A stretch of DNA of 24,507 nucleotides from a virus (taxonomy: Duplodnaviria; Caudoviricetes): IMG/VR virus record IMGVR_UViG_3300040985_001796, positions 1 through 24,507 of that record; one strand, written 5' to 3'. Of the stretch, positions 1-6,763 are shown piece after piece. The notes beneath the pieces were generated by a model. It was not told the DNA's origin. It did not search any database and saw nothing but the letters and a program-made list of their open reading frames with translations. The translations under genes and the position numbers were made by a program. Within the stretch, counting starts at the first letter, position 1. Each line of letters starts with the position of its first letter.

Positions 1-1
1 A

Positions 2-403
2 CGTAGTCAATGGAGGTATTCTTGCATAATAGATAATTTCTAGCGTCTCGTTAGTCGCGGGATATATCTGTAACTGGTCAGCTATAATTGTATAGACATA
101 CTGACTTGGGATAGCTGCCTGGTTGTCTAGTAATTCGTTCATCTTAGACGGTGATACATAATCAAGACTAACACTGTTTAGCTGAATGTCCCGTAGTCCA
201 TCAAAGTCATACGGTAGGCCAACATACTGCTGATCGTTATCTGACATCCATAATTGCGCTCTCTTTGCCATCTCCCTGACCTTTAACGCATCCCCCAAAC
301 GCTGCTCTACGACTAACAAGAAAGAGCTTAACATTGAGCCAACACCCGCGTCTTGTTTATCTGAGTACCCAACGGCTGTATCTACAATCTGCTGATAATT
401 CAT
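2..403 (-). CDS. Head-tail adaptor / tail tubular protein A-like (3' end runs off the window)
   Basis: Not in the ORF track. ATG at 403, open to the window edge: MNYQQIVDTAVGYSDKQD...VEQRLGDALKVREMAKRAQ...GLPYDFDGLRDIQ...LDYVSP...YTIIADQLQIYPA. The 'E.RL...L.VREM...LP.DF' pattern is typical of adaptors in podoviruses with a DUF5309-type capsid. Confidence 0.75.
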   Translation of the reverse strand, partial: MNYQQIVDTAVGYSDKQDAGVGSMLSSFLLVVEQRLGDALKVREMAKRAQLWMSDNDQQYVGLPYDFDGLRDIQLNSVSLDYVSPSKMNELLDNQAAIPSQYVYTIIADQLQIYPATNETLEIIYYARIPPLTT

Positions 404-406
404 AAT

Positions 407-631
407 TTAATATACCATTTTTTTAATGACGCCGATTATGCCGATGTTATCAGCAACAAGTATCCCCGCTCCTCCATAAGCTGCGAACTTAATTTTCAGT
501 AAAAGAGCTAGTATTTCACTCTGTTTATATTCAACCCCATTTATTCTTTGCACAATATCGTCATGTCTGTTTTGAGATTGAGTGGCGGCCTTCTCTAAGA
601 GGGCTATTCTTACGCAAGTATCTTGTGAGAT
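407..631 (-). CDS. Small membrane-anchored protein in the lysis cassette (coiled coil plus hydrophobic C-terminus); start uncertain (ATC at 631, or upstream ATG at 649 / 667)
   Basis: Heptad-like N-terminal part, C-terminal hydrophobic segment AAYGGAGILVADNIGIIGVI. AGGAG lies 8 nt upstream of an in-frame ATC directly after the holin stop. Confidence 0.55.
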   Translation of the reverse strand: MSQDTCVRIALLEKAATQSQNRHDDIVQRINGVEYKQSEILALLLKIKFAAYGGAGILVADNIGIIGVIKKMVY

Positions 632-632
632 G

Positions 633-1052
633 TTATTTACTCCTTGAAACATGTTTCGACTTTTCAAAAGATCGCATTCCTGCCAGTCCTAGCATCCCAA
701 GTAAAACTTGGAGGGTTATATCTGTGTCAACAACAGGGAATTCCCCTGTATATCCGAAACCTACTAATGCAATGAATTTTGCAATGGGTTCAATGATTGA
801 TATATAAAGCAGTCCAACCCCGCACCCCCACCCGACAAATGGCCTCCATCCTGATACAAAGATACTGGCATGTTTTGACTCTTGTAAGTTAATTTCGTTC
901 TGAGCCTGTGCTACCGCCAGTTCAGTGGCAAGCTCAGTTTTGAATCTTTCCAGTTTGTTATTATCTATCTGTGTCTTGTCTGGCCAAATACGGCTGACAA
1001 TCCCATCAATCATACTGCTTGCTGCTTCTACCGCTGCGGGTATGTCAAACAT
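633..1052 (-). CDS. Holin, 3TM / GTA-holin (DUF3154-like) family
   Basis: Family motif SIFVSGWRPFVGWGCG...LLGMLGLAGMRSFEK; directly downstream of the endolysin. Confidence 0.85.
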   Translation of the reverse strand: MFDIPAAVEAASSMIDGIVSRIWPDKTQIDNNKLERFKTELATELAVAQAQNEINLQESKHASIFVSGWRPFVGWGCGVGLLYISIIEPIAKFIALVGFGYTGEFPVVDTDITLQVLLGMLGLAGMRSFEKSKHVSRSK

Positions 1053-1394
1053 CTACCACCTCGCCCTGTGCGATCTGACATCAATATGAACAAAGCTATC
1101 ATATAACCCTATCCCGTACTTATTGGGGTACATTATATCAAGTTTTTCATATAAAGACTTCGGGTCTTTAGTAGGCACATCGCAAGCTTTAGCTTTTACA
1201 TGCTGTGAAGTGTCATTAGAGCCGATATTTCTGTTATGTTGAATACATCGGCATACACTACTAGGCTGATAAGGGCCTATAATATCGCGTATTTTTTCCA
1301 TCACATTTAGTAGCTCAGCATCAACCGTATCAAAACCGCAGCCGCATTTACATGCAACTTCTTCACGGCTAAAATGGCTATCTAAGATGTTCAT
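1053..1394 (-). CDS. Endolysin, peptidase M15A (Peptidase_M15_3) Zn peptidase
   Basis: HFSREEVACKCGCG, SQH...A.D, GIGLY..FVHIDVR...ARW; Zn ligands H, D and H present. Confidence 0.9.
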   Translation of the reverse strand: MNILDSHFSREEVACKCGCGFDTVDAELLNVMEKIRDIIGPYQPSSVCRCIQHNRNIGSNDTSQHVKAKACDVPTKDPKSLYEKLDIMYPNKYGIGLYDSFVHIDVRSHRARW

Positions 1395-1396
1395 CG

Positions 1397-1597
1397 TTAC
1401 TTAGCGTCAGTTACTTTAGCTATCTCTTCGATATTAGCTTTACCGACTTTCTCTACCTTTCGACCTAGCCCTAACATCCCTACTGATCCGGTCACGAACC
1501 CCATCATTACATCCATCCCATGTAACCCAGCAAAGTACCCACCTACGCCATAGATCAGCGATACTGCAATTCCTAGCCATGTTATTGTACCTTTCAT
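1397..1597 (-). CDS. Small two-TM membrane protein (second holin/antiholin candidate)
   Basis: 66 aa, two Gly-rich hydrophobic segments and a charged C-tail; AAGGA RBS; immediately upstream of the endolysin. Confidence 0.6.
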   Translation of the reverse strand: MKGTITWLGIAVSLIYGVGGYFAGLHGMDVMMGFVTGSVGMLGLGRKVEKVGKANIEEIAKVTDAK

Positions 1598-1622
1598 AAG
1601 TGTGTCCTTTTTTATATTAAAA

Positions 1623-2015
1623 TTAATCAGCGACTATACAGTCAATGATTGGTGGTGCAAAACCATCACAGTAGACTGGCGGTAGTTGTCTAAAATAAAC
1701 CGCAGGAGAGGGGTCAGTTAGCTCAAGTGTTGTGTCTACTAGACCTTGTACACCCTTAGCATCTAATGATTCCTCTATCAGAACCATCAAGGCACATTCG
1801 CTCAATAACTGAGTTCGATTAGTATCTATTTCACTTTCTAGGGGTGTAAAGTAAACCCCCGTCAGACTGTCTACGCTGTCACATCTATACTCCCAGAAGT
1901 ATTTAGACTCTGAGATGTCATTCAAGAAACCTGAACCTGTTGCGTAGTTATCCACCTTCGCATGGTCAGCACTTGCTGTTGCTATGGATAGTGCTAATAA
2001 TAGTATTGTTTTCAT
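1623..2015 (-). CDS. Hypothetical exported protein with signal peptide
   Basis: MKTILLLALSIATASA-D resembles a Sec/SPase I signal; acidic mature part with 4 Cys; start overlaps the upstream gene's 3' end. Confidence 0.6.
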   Translation of the reverse strand: MKTILLLALSIATASADHAKVDNYATGSGFLNDISESKYFWEYRCDSVDSLTGVYFTPLESEIDTNRTQLLSECALMVLIEESLDAKGVQGLVDTTLELTDPSPAVYFRQLPPVYCDGFAPPIIDCIVAD

Positions 2016-2278
2016 TTTAATTCATCCTTATTAAGGTCAGGGTATTTCAACATTCTGTGATCGTGGATGGTATTATCTTCTAGCACCAATACACGCCTAG
2101 CCAACCCATCTAACCTGGTTGCCTGTGTTGCAGATATTATCTTAGCATCACCACGACCATTAGTGTTATCAGTAATCCTGCTCACCGCTAAAGCAAAGAA
2201 CCATGAAAATGCTGAAACTATAATAAAACCGCTAATGGTAATTAGTTTGGCACTTGTTATTGGGCTTTCTGGTTTCAT
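2012..2278 (-). CDS. Hypothetical single-TM membrane protein
   Basis: N-terminal TM (LITISGFIIVSAFSWFFALAV) followed by a short coiled-coil-like segment; tightly packed in the operon. Confidence 0.55.
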   Translation of the reverse strand: MKPESPITSAKLITISGFIIVSAFSWFFALAVSRITDNTNGRGDAKIISATQATRLDGLARRVLVLEDNTIHDHRMLKYPDLNKDELK

Positions 2279-2282
2279 TGCC

Positions 2283-2855
2283 CTATTTAATATCTATACT
2301 TTGAACTTCTGCTAATGTCGTACAGTTCTCTATTGCCGCTTTGTATCCCCAGTATTTCTCAAGAACCGATAGTCCGTTAATACATACAGCATCAATAATA
2401 ATATCCCAATCAGACAATGTGATTGTTTGTTCGATTCCAGCGACATCTATCACGAATAGCAATCCCAATCTCTTACCGATCTCGAAGTTTCTTATGTCAT
2501 CACTAGAACCATCAACACTAAACCCAAGACTGGTCTCAACTTCAGGTCTGGCAGACTCCTCAGTCTCTCTAAGTGCCTTCGCTTCCAATATTCGTTCGTT
2601 CTTGTAATAGTCAAGACTCTTGTCAGTCAGTGTATAAGTCGCTGTACATATAAGCGTCTCATCATCTAAAACGATGTCAGCGAAAGTAGAACGAATCTGG
2701 TGGGGTTCAGCAACTTCATTGACTGTCACCAATCTGTAGTATTCCTCCTCTGCTCGTTCCTCGTCTGTTTTCAGATGCCAACCACCAATCCCATTGAACT
2801 TTGAACTGAGATTTACTGGATAAACGAACTCGTTATTCTTCTTGTATGCGTACAT
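2283..2855 (-). CDS. Tail fibre assembly chaperone-like protein (DUF4376-like C-terminal domain)
   Basis: Lies downstream of the fibre gene; C-terminal 'KAAIENCTTLAEVQSIDI' is typical of DUF4376/Tfa-type chaperones; GGAG RBS. Confidence 0.65.
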   Translation of the reverse strand: MYAYKKNNEFVYPVNLSSKFNGIGGWHLKTDEERAEEEYYRLVTVNEVAEPHQIRSTFADIVLDDETLICTATYTLTDKSLDYYKNERILEAKALRETEESARPEVETSLGFSVDGSSDDIRNFEIGKRLGLLFVIDVAGIEQTITLSDWDIIIDAVCINGLSVLEKYWGYKAAIENCTTLAEVQSIDIK

Positions 2856-2967
2856 CTTTTGCTCCTTTGTCTTTGGCTTCTTGTATCATTTCATCAATGG
2901 TTTGTGTTGTCGTAGGCATCGATGCTCTCAATGCCTCAACTTGTGCTAGTGTTAGTGTTTCTGGCAT
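2833..2967 (-). CDS. Small hypothetical protein (44 aa)
   Basis: Not in the ORF track. MPETLTLAQVEALRASMPTTTQTIDEMIQEAKDKGAKDVRIQEE*; starts 2 nt after the fibre stop and fills the gap. Confidence 0.5.
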   Translation of the reverse strand: MPETLTLAQVEALRASMPTTTQTIDEMIQEAKDKGAKDVRIQEE

Positions 2968-2969
2968 TA

Positions 2970-4742
2970 TCATAATGTATATGGTCCTGGGTAATACGCT
3001 ACTCCAAGACCAGTGTTTGGAGGCAACGAAGCAGGATTGGCTAACTTGGTGAATGTGTCACCTGACCTTTTGTATATTGTGACAAATGGGGTAGCGACAT
3101 GAACAACACTCATATAAACACCATCAGCACTAAACGCTACTCCTCGACCATTGCCTGTAGGCAACGTAGCAGGATTAGCCAACTTCGTAAATGTATCGCC
3201 AGATCTTTTGTAGATTGTGAGATATGGGGAACCGTCATGAGCAACACTCAGATAGATGCCATCAGCACTGAACGCTATAGCCTTACCAGTGCCAGTAGGT
3301 GAGTTAGTAGGATCAGCCAACTTCGTGAATGTGTCACCACTACGTTTGTAGATTGTGACAAATGGCCAACTTTGATGAGCAACACTCATATATATGCCAT
3401 CAGCACTGAACGCTACTCCATTACCATTGTAAGAAGGCAACGTAGTAGGATCAGCCAACTTAGTGAATGTGTCACCTGATCGTTTGTAGATTGTGACAAA
3501 TGGGCTAATTTGATGAGCAACACTCATATAAACGCCATCAGCACTGAACGCTACCCCACGACCATGGTTAGGAGGCAACGTAGCAGGATTGGCTAACTTC
3601 GTGAATGTGTCACCGCTACGTTTGTAGATTGTGACAAATGGGCTAACTGAATGAGCAACACTCATATAAACACCATCACCACTGAACGCTACTCCTTGAC
3701 CAGTGTCAGGAGGCAACGTAGCAGGATTAGCCAGTTTCGTGAATGTGTCACCAGACCTTTTGTAGTTAGTGACATATGGGCTAACTGAATGAGCAACACT
3801 CATATAGATACCATCAACACTGAACGCTACTCCATAACCAGCTCCAGTAGGCAACGTAGCAGGATCAGGTAGTTTCGTGCTGGTATCAACATCATTACCA
3901 TAGATTGTGACAAATGGGCTACTGCCATGACCAACACTCAAATAGTTATCATAAGCAAATGCTGCCACTGTTGTTCCCTCTACACTAGCATAAGCACTGC
4001 TTCCATAAGTCGTTCCTGTATGTCTTGCTTTGAAAGTATAAGCGATTGATTCTGCCAACAGCCCAGCAGGAACAACAATACTCAGTAAATCCACAGTATT
4101 CGCGAGTGACGACCACACAACTACACTGTCGCTGTCTCTTATCACTTCCCAATCTGTTGATACATGTGTATCAGTTCCGGCATTAGCAACACTGAAAGCG
4201 CTGGTCGTTAGTGTAGGATCTTCAGGAACATCCGTAGGAGTGCCTTCTACAGTAAGTGTCGGTGTATTGATAAAAACATTTGATGTAGTGAAACTAATAG
4301 AATCGCTATTACCAGATAAATGGCTATCGCTACCATAACGAACACGGACATAACATAGTTGTAATGCGACTCCGACAGACGGTGTCCAAGATGTCACATT
4401 TCCTGTAGTGCTTTCCAGTTCAATAATAGCAAAATCTGAGGTGTAACTAAGTTCCCAATGAGTAAAGTCGTGGGTTCCTGTATAGGTATCGATTGTCGCA
4501 TAAGCGGATGCTGTTATTTCCCCATTGAAATCTACTGCGCCTGTAGTAGGTGCTGTAATTGTTGGTGTTCCGACTAGGAATGCTGGACTTACTGAAACTC
4601 CTATGTCAGCGTCTTTAAGAACTGTTGCTAATATATTCGCTCTGTTAATCTTTTTGGAAGCACCACTATCGTTTATAACGAACTCTATAGTATCTGTCGC
4701 TGTGGTGAGGGCTGGTAATTCGCTTATTTTGATAGTAGACAT
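2970..4742 (-). CDS. Fibre / receptor-binding protein: KISEL-type N-terminus, two Ig/FN3-like domains, C-terminal 7-bladed beta-propeller
   Basis: N-terminus MSTIKISELP; two related Thr/Ser-rich domains (PT.T...TH..T.W...Y...R..G); seven 46-aa repeats with WD40/YVTN-like 'GVAFSADG.Y.SVAH'; followed by a chaperone-like gene. Confidence 0.75.
   Translation of the reverse strand: MSTIKISELPALTTATDTIEFVINDSGASKKINRANILATVLKDADIGVSVSPAFLVGTPTITAPTTGAVDFNGEITASAYATIDTYTGTHDFTHWELSYTSDFAIIELESTTGNVTSWTPSVGVALQLCYVRVRYGSDSHLSGNSDSISFTTSNVFINTPTLTVEGTPTDVPEDPTLTTSAFSVANAGTDTHVSTDWEVIRDSDSVVVWSSLANTVDLLSIVVPAGLLAESIAYTFKARHTGTTYGSSAYASVEGTTVAAFAYDNYLSVGHGSSPFVTIYGNDVDTSTKLPDPATLPTGAGYGVAFSVDGIYMSVAHSVSPYVTNYKRSGDTFTKLANPATLPPDTGQGVAFSGDGVYMSVAHSVSPFVTIYKRSGDTFTKLANPATLPPNHGRGVAFSADGVYMSVAHQISPFVTIYKRSGDTFTKLADPTTLPSYNGNGVAFSADGIYMSVAHQSWPFVTIYKRSGDTFTKLADPTNSPTGTGKAIAFSADGIYLSVAHDGSPYLTIYKRSGDTFTKLANPATLPTGNGRGVAFSADGVYMSVVHVATPFVTIYKRSGDTFTKLANPASLPPNTGLGVAYYPGPYTL
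2992..3944 (-). repeat. Intragenic tandem repeat, about 7 x 138 bp (46 aa)
   Basis: Anchor gaatgtgtca recurs at 3051, 3327, 3465, 3603 and 3741, with a variant at 3189: exact 138-bp period. Confidence 0.95.
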
Positions 4743-4746
4743 TCTA

Positions 4747-4965
4747 TTACTCCGTTTCTATGTATTCAGGTGAAGCGGAGGTTGACGCTTCAGTGATAAA
4801 GAATGCGCTCCCGTCTTCTGTTGATATTTCTAATTCTGGTGAGGGTATTGGACCTGAGTTCCCGATAAAGTTACCGACTGAGTGAATCATTCGATTACTA
4901 AAGGACTGGAAAAGTGGACCAGATAATCCCCGCGTTCGGAACATAATTAAAGGCTTGAATTTCAT
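4747..4965 (-). CDS. Hypothetical virion-associated protein (72 aa; probable start ATG 4965 rather than 5037)
   Basis: MKFKPLIMF...EISTEDGSAFFITE; starts 1 nt after the upstream stop. Acidic 'TE.G...ITE' tails are often seen just upstream of KISEL-type fibre genes. Confidence 0.55.
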   Translation of the reverse strand: MKFKPLIMFRTRGLSGPLFQSFSNRMIHSVGNFIGNSGPIPSPELEISTEDGSAFFITEASTSASPEYIETE

Positions 4966-4966
4966 G

Positions 4967-5287
4967 CTATACCCTCGCAGATATACACCATTCAGGGTGT
5001 AATAATTGAAATTGTTTTGCGCCTCGCATCCGCTCATGCTCTACTTTGCTTTGCATAAGTTTGAACGTTTCGGGATTGTCTCGAGTAAAGATATTATATT
5101 GAAATACTGACGGAATAGAGAATGAAAACCGGATGTCTTCATCTTCATGCACGCTCAGCTTAGCACGTGATAATAGCTCACTTTCACGTAGCCTTTTTGT
5201 TTTTTCGTTTGCTGCATCATCATAGAAGATAGTATTGGCGTATAGGTTGCCATCTTCAGTCTTGATGTGAGTAACGTGATTACTCAT
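4967..5287 (-). CDS. Conserved-looking hypothetical protein downstream of the capsid gene
   Basis: 106 aa with 'FSIP' and a C-terminal 'HPEW'; ATGA overlap with the upstream ORF. Confidence 0.6.
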   Translation of the reverse strand: MSNHVTHIKTEDGNLYANTIFYDDAANEKTKRLRESELLSRAKLSVHEDEDIRFSFSIPSVFQYNIFTRDNPETFKLMQSKVEHERMRGAKQFQLLHPEWCISARV

Positions 5288-5466
5288 GCTCGACCCTGAA
5301 CTAGCTTAATACTTACTTTAGCTTCAGACTCTAGCAAGGTAATTTCACCGCCTGGGACAACTCGCCCGCGCGAAGTAAAGATATTTGCTTTGCCGGAATT
5401 TGTGTAGACCGACTCAACGTTGTTTGATTTTTTGGTACGTTTTGCTTTTGGTTTTTCGTCTATCAT
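5284..5466 (-). CDS. Small basic hypothetical protein (possible capsid-associated)
   Basis: 60-aa ORF right after the capsid terminator, AGGGG RBS, coupled to the next gene. Confidence 0.55.
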   Translation of the reverse strand: MIDEKPKAKRTKKSNNVESVYTNSGKANIFTSRGRVVPGGEITLLESEAKVSIKLVQGRA

Positions 5467-5482
5467 TTTAGCCCCTATAGAT

Positions 5483-5508
5483 AAAAAAAGGGGGTATTTC
5501 TACCCCCT
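5483..5508 (-). terminator. Intrinsic terminator after the major capsid gene
   Basis: - strand: AGGGGGTA-GAAA-TACCCCCT followed by a T tract. Confidence 0.9.
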
Positions 5509-5514
5509 GATTGG

Positions 5515-6600
5515 TTAAACTACCGCAGGAAGCGCGTAATCTATGTCGGCCACAACAGCAGACCCAGTTTCGTTAAGAGAACAAAGGTTAAAATCGACAG
5601 TGATCTGACGGTTTTCCGCTGTACCTGTACGAGCCAAATCTTTAGTCTCGTAGCCTTGTAAATAGGCACGTTCCCAAAGCTCAGTATCAAGCAAGAATAA
5701 ATCAGCAGCACCCGCAGCACTATCGGGCTGAAAGCGGTTAGGTGTCAGAACTAATGTCCCATAGTTTGTCACGAATACGTTAACTGCACCCTGAGCTACG
5801 ATACCACCGGTACTACGACCACCACCAGACCCATTATCTGTACGGTTACCTTGTGATGCTTCAGATTGAAGTGTTGCTATTCTTGCTGAGCTTGAAAAAA
5901 GATAATCACTTAATATCTCAATAACAGCAGGAGTTGACATCGCCACAGTGGGGTTTCCACCTTTCTCGTAAGCCGATCTCATCATGTTCTTGATGGATGT
6001 CTCAGATAAAGCACGTTTAGTACCAGCAACTGCTTTCGTTGTTGGATAGCCACCAGGGTTGCCAGATAATACCGGATCAGCACCAGTAGCACCACGATCA
6101 GTATTAACCGCGGCTTGGCCTGTTCCGATCCATCCACCGATCCCAGCAGTTTGACCCGCTACTGTAGCACCATCACCTGGGACAGCGATATTGTTGGAAC
6201 AATACGTAGCTTCTTCATCCCGCTTCAAGCCTTTCTGCCTACGCATCAACTGACGGATTAACTCGTCACTTGAACCGACTGTATCTACTTGACGGCCACG
6301 ATCTGAAACACGAACCACTTTAGACGCGATTTGAGAATAGTTGCCTACTCTTTCGCCTGTTCTTGTGTCGTTTCCAGCTGCATCAGCACCATCAACAACC
6401 GCATTATTTGCTGTTGCATCTTCAAGGTCTTCCATAACCCACTCTTTAAAAGTATTTTCCGCCGTTGTCGATCCTGTGCTATCACAGAAAGGACGGTCGA
6501 TTGGGTCGATAGAGAAAATCTTATCCATCAAGTCTTCGCGGATATATCCGCCGACAGGCACTGCGCCCAGGTTTACTGCATCTAAGTTTGTTGTAGCCAT
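5515..6600 (-). CDS. Major capsid protein (DUF5309 / SU10-type, HK97 fold)
   Basis: REDLMDKIFSIDPIDRPF...EWVMEDL...R.GNYSQI..K...VS...LKRD.E; follows the scaffold; GGAG RBS and a downstream terminator. Confidence 0.9.
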   Translation of the reverse strand: MATTNLDAVNLGAVPVGGYIREDLMDKIFSIDPIDRPFCDSTGSTTAENTFKEWVMEDLEDATANNAVVDGADAAGNDTRTGERVGNYSQIASKVVRVSDRGRQVDTVGSSDELIRQLMRRQKGLKRDEEATYCSNNIAVPGDGATVAGQTAGIGGWIGTGQAAVNTDRGATGADPVLSGNPGGYPTTKAVAGTKRALSETSIKNMMRSAYEKGGNPTVAMSTPAVIEILSDYLFSSSARIATLQSEASQGNRTDNGSGGGRSTGGIVAQGAVNVFVTNYGTLVLTPNRFQPDSAAGAADLFLLDTELWERAYLQGYETKDLARTGTAENRQITVDFNLCSLNETGSAVVADIDYALPAVV

Positions 6601-6675
6601 TTTATATTACTCCAGAATTAAAAGTTATGCGCGTGTGCGCGTGTTTATCAATGCAAACAACTTTATAAGTCAGGC

Positions 6676-6718
6676 GTAATCTCTTACAGACTAATTGAGG
6701 TGTGTAATCTCTTACAGA
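6676..6718. repeat. 15-bp direct repeat GTAATCTCTTACAGA x2 (period 28), each copy a hairpin
   Basis: Copies at 6676-6690 and 6704-6718; on the mRNA strand UGUAA-GAGA-UUAC(G/A). Confidence 0.9.
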
Positions 6719-6724
6719 TTGATT

Positions 6725-6744
6725 AAGGTGGCCTAAGCCACCTT
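6725..6744. other. Perfect 8-bp hairpin in the capsid leader
   Basis: AAGGTGGC-CTAA-GCCACCTT; no strong U tract on the - strand. Confidence 0.8.
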
Positions 6745-6763
6745 GTTCGTTACTTATACACGC

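Noticed and set aside
2992-3944. Repeat array as a CRISPR array or a complete DGR
   Set aside because: The repeats are in-frame coding units with no repeat-spacer structure. No reverse transcriptase, template repeat or IMH/hairpin is in the window, so only a DGR-like signature is reported.
6676-6718. Two 15-bp repeats as a mini-CRISPR
   Set aside because: Only two copies, with a 15-bp repeat and 13-bp spacer, both too short; no cas genes.
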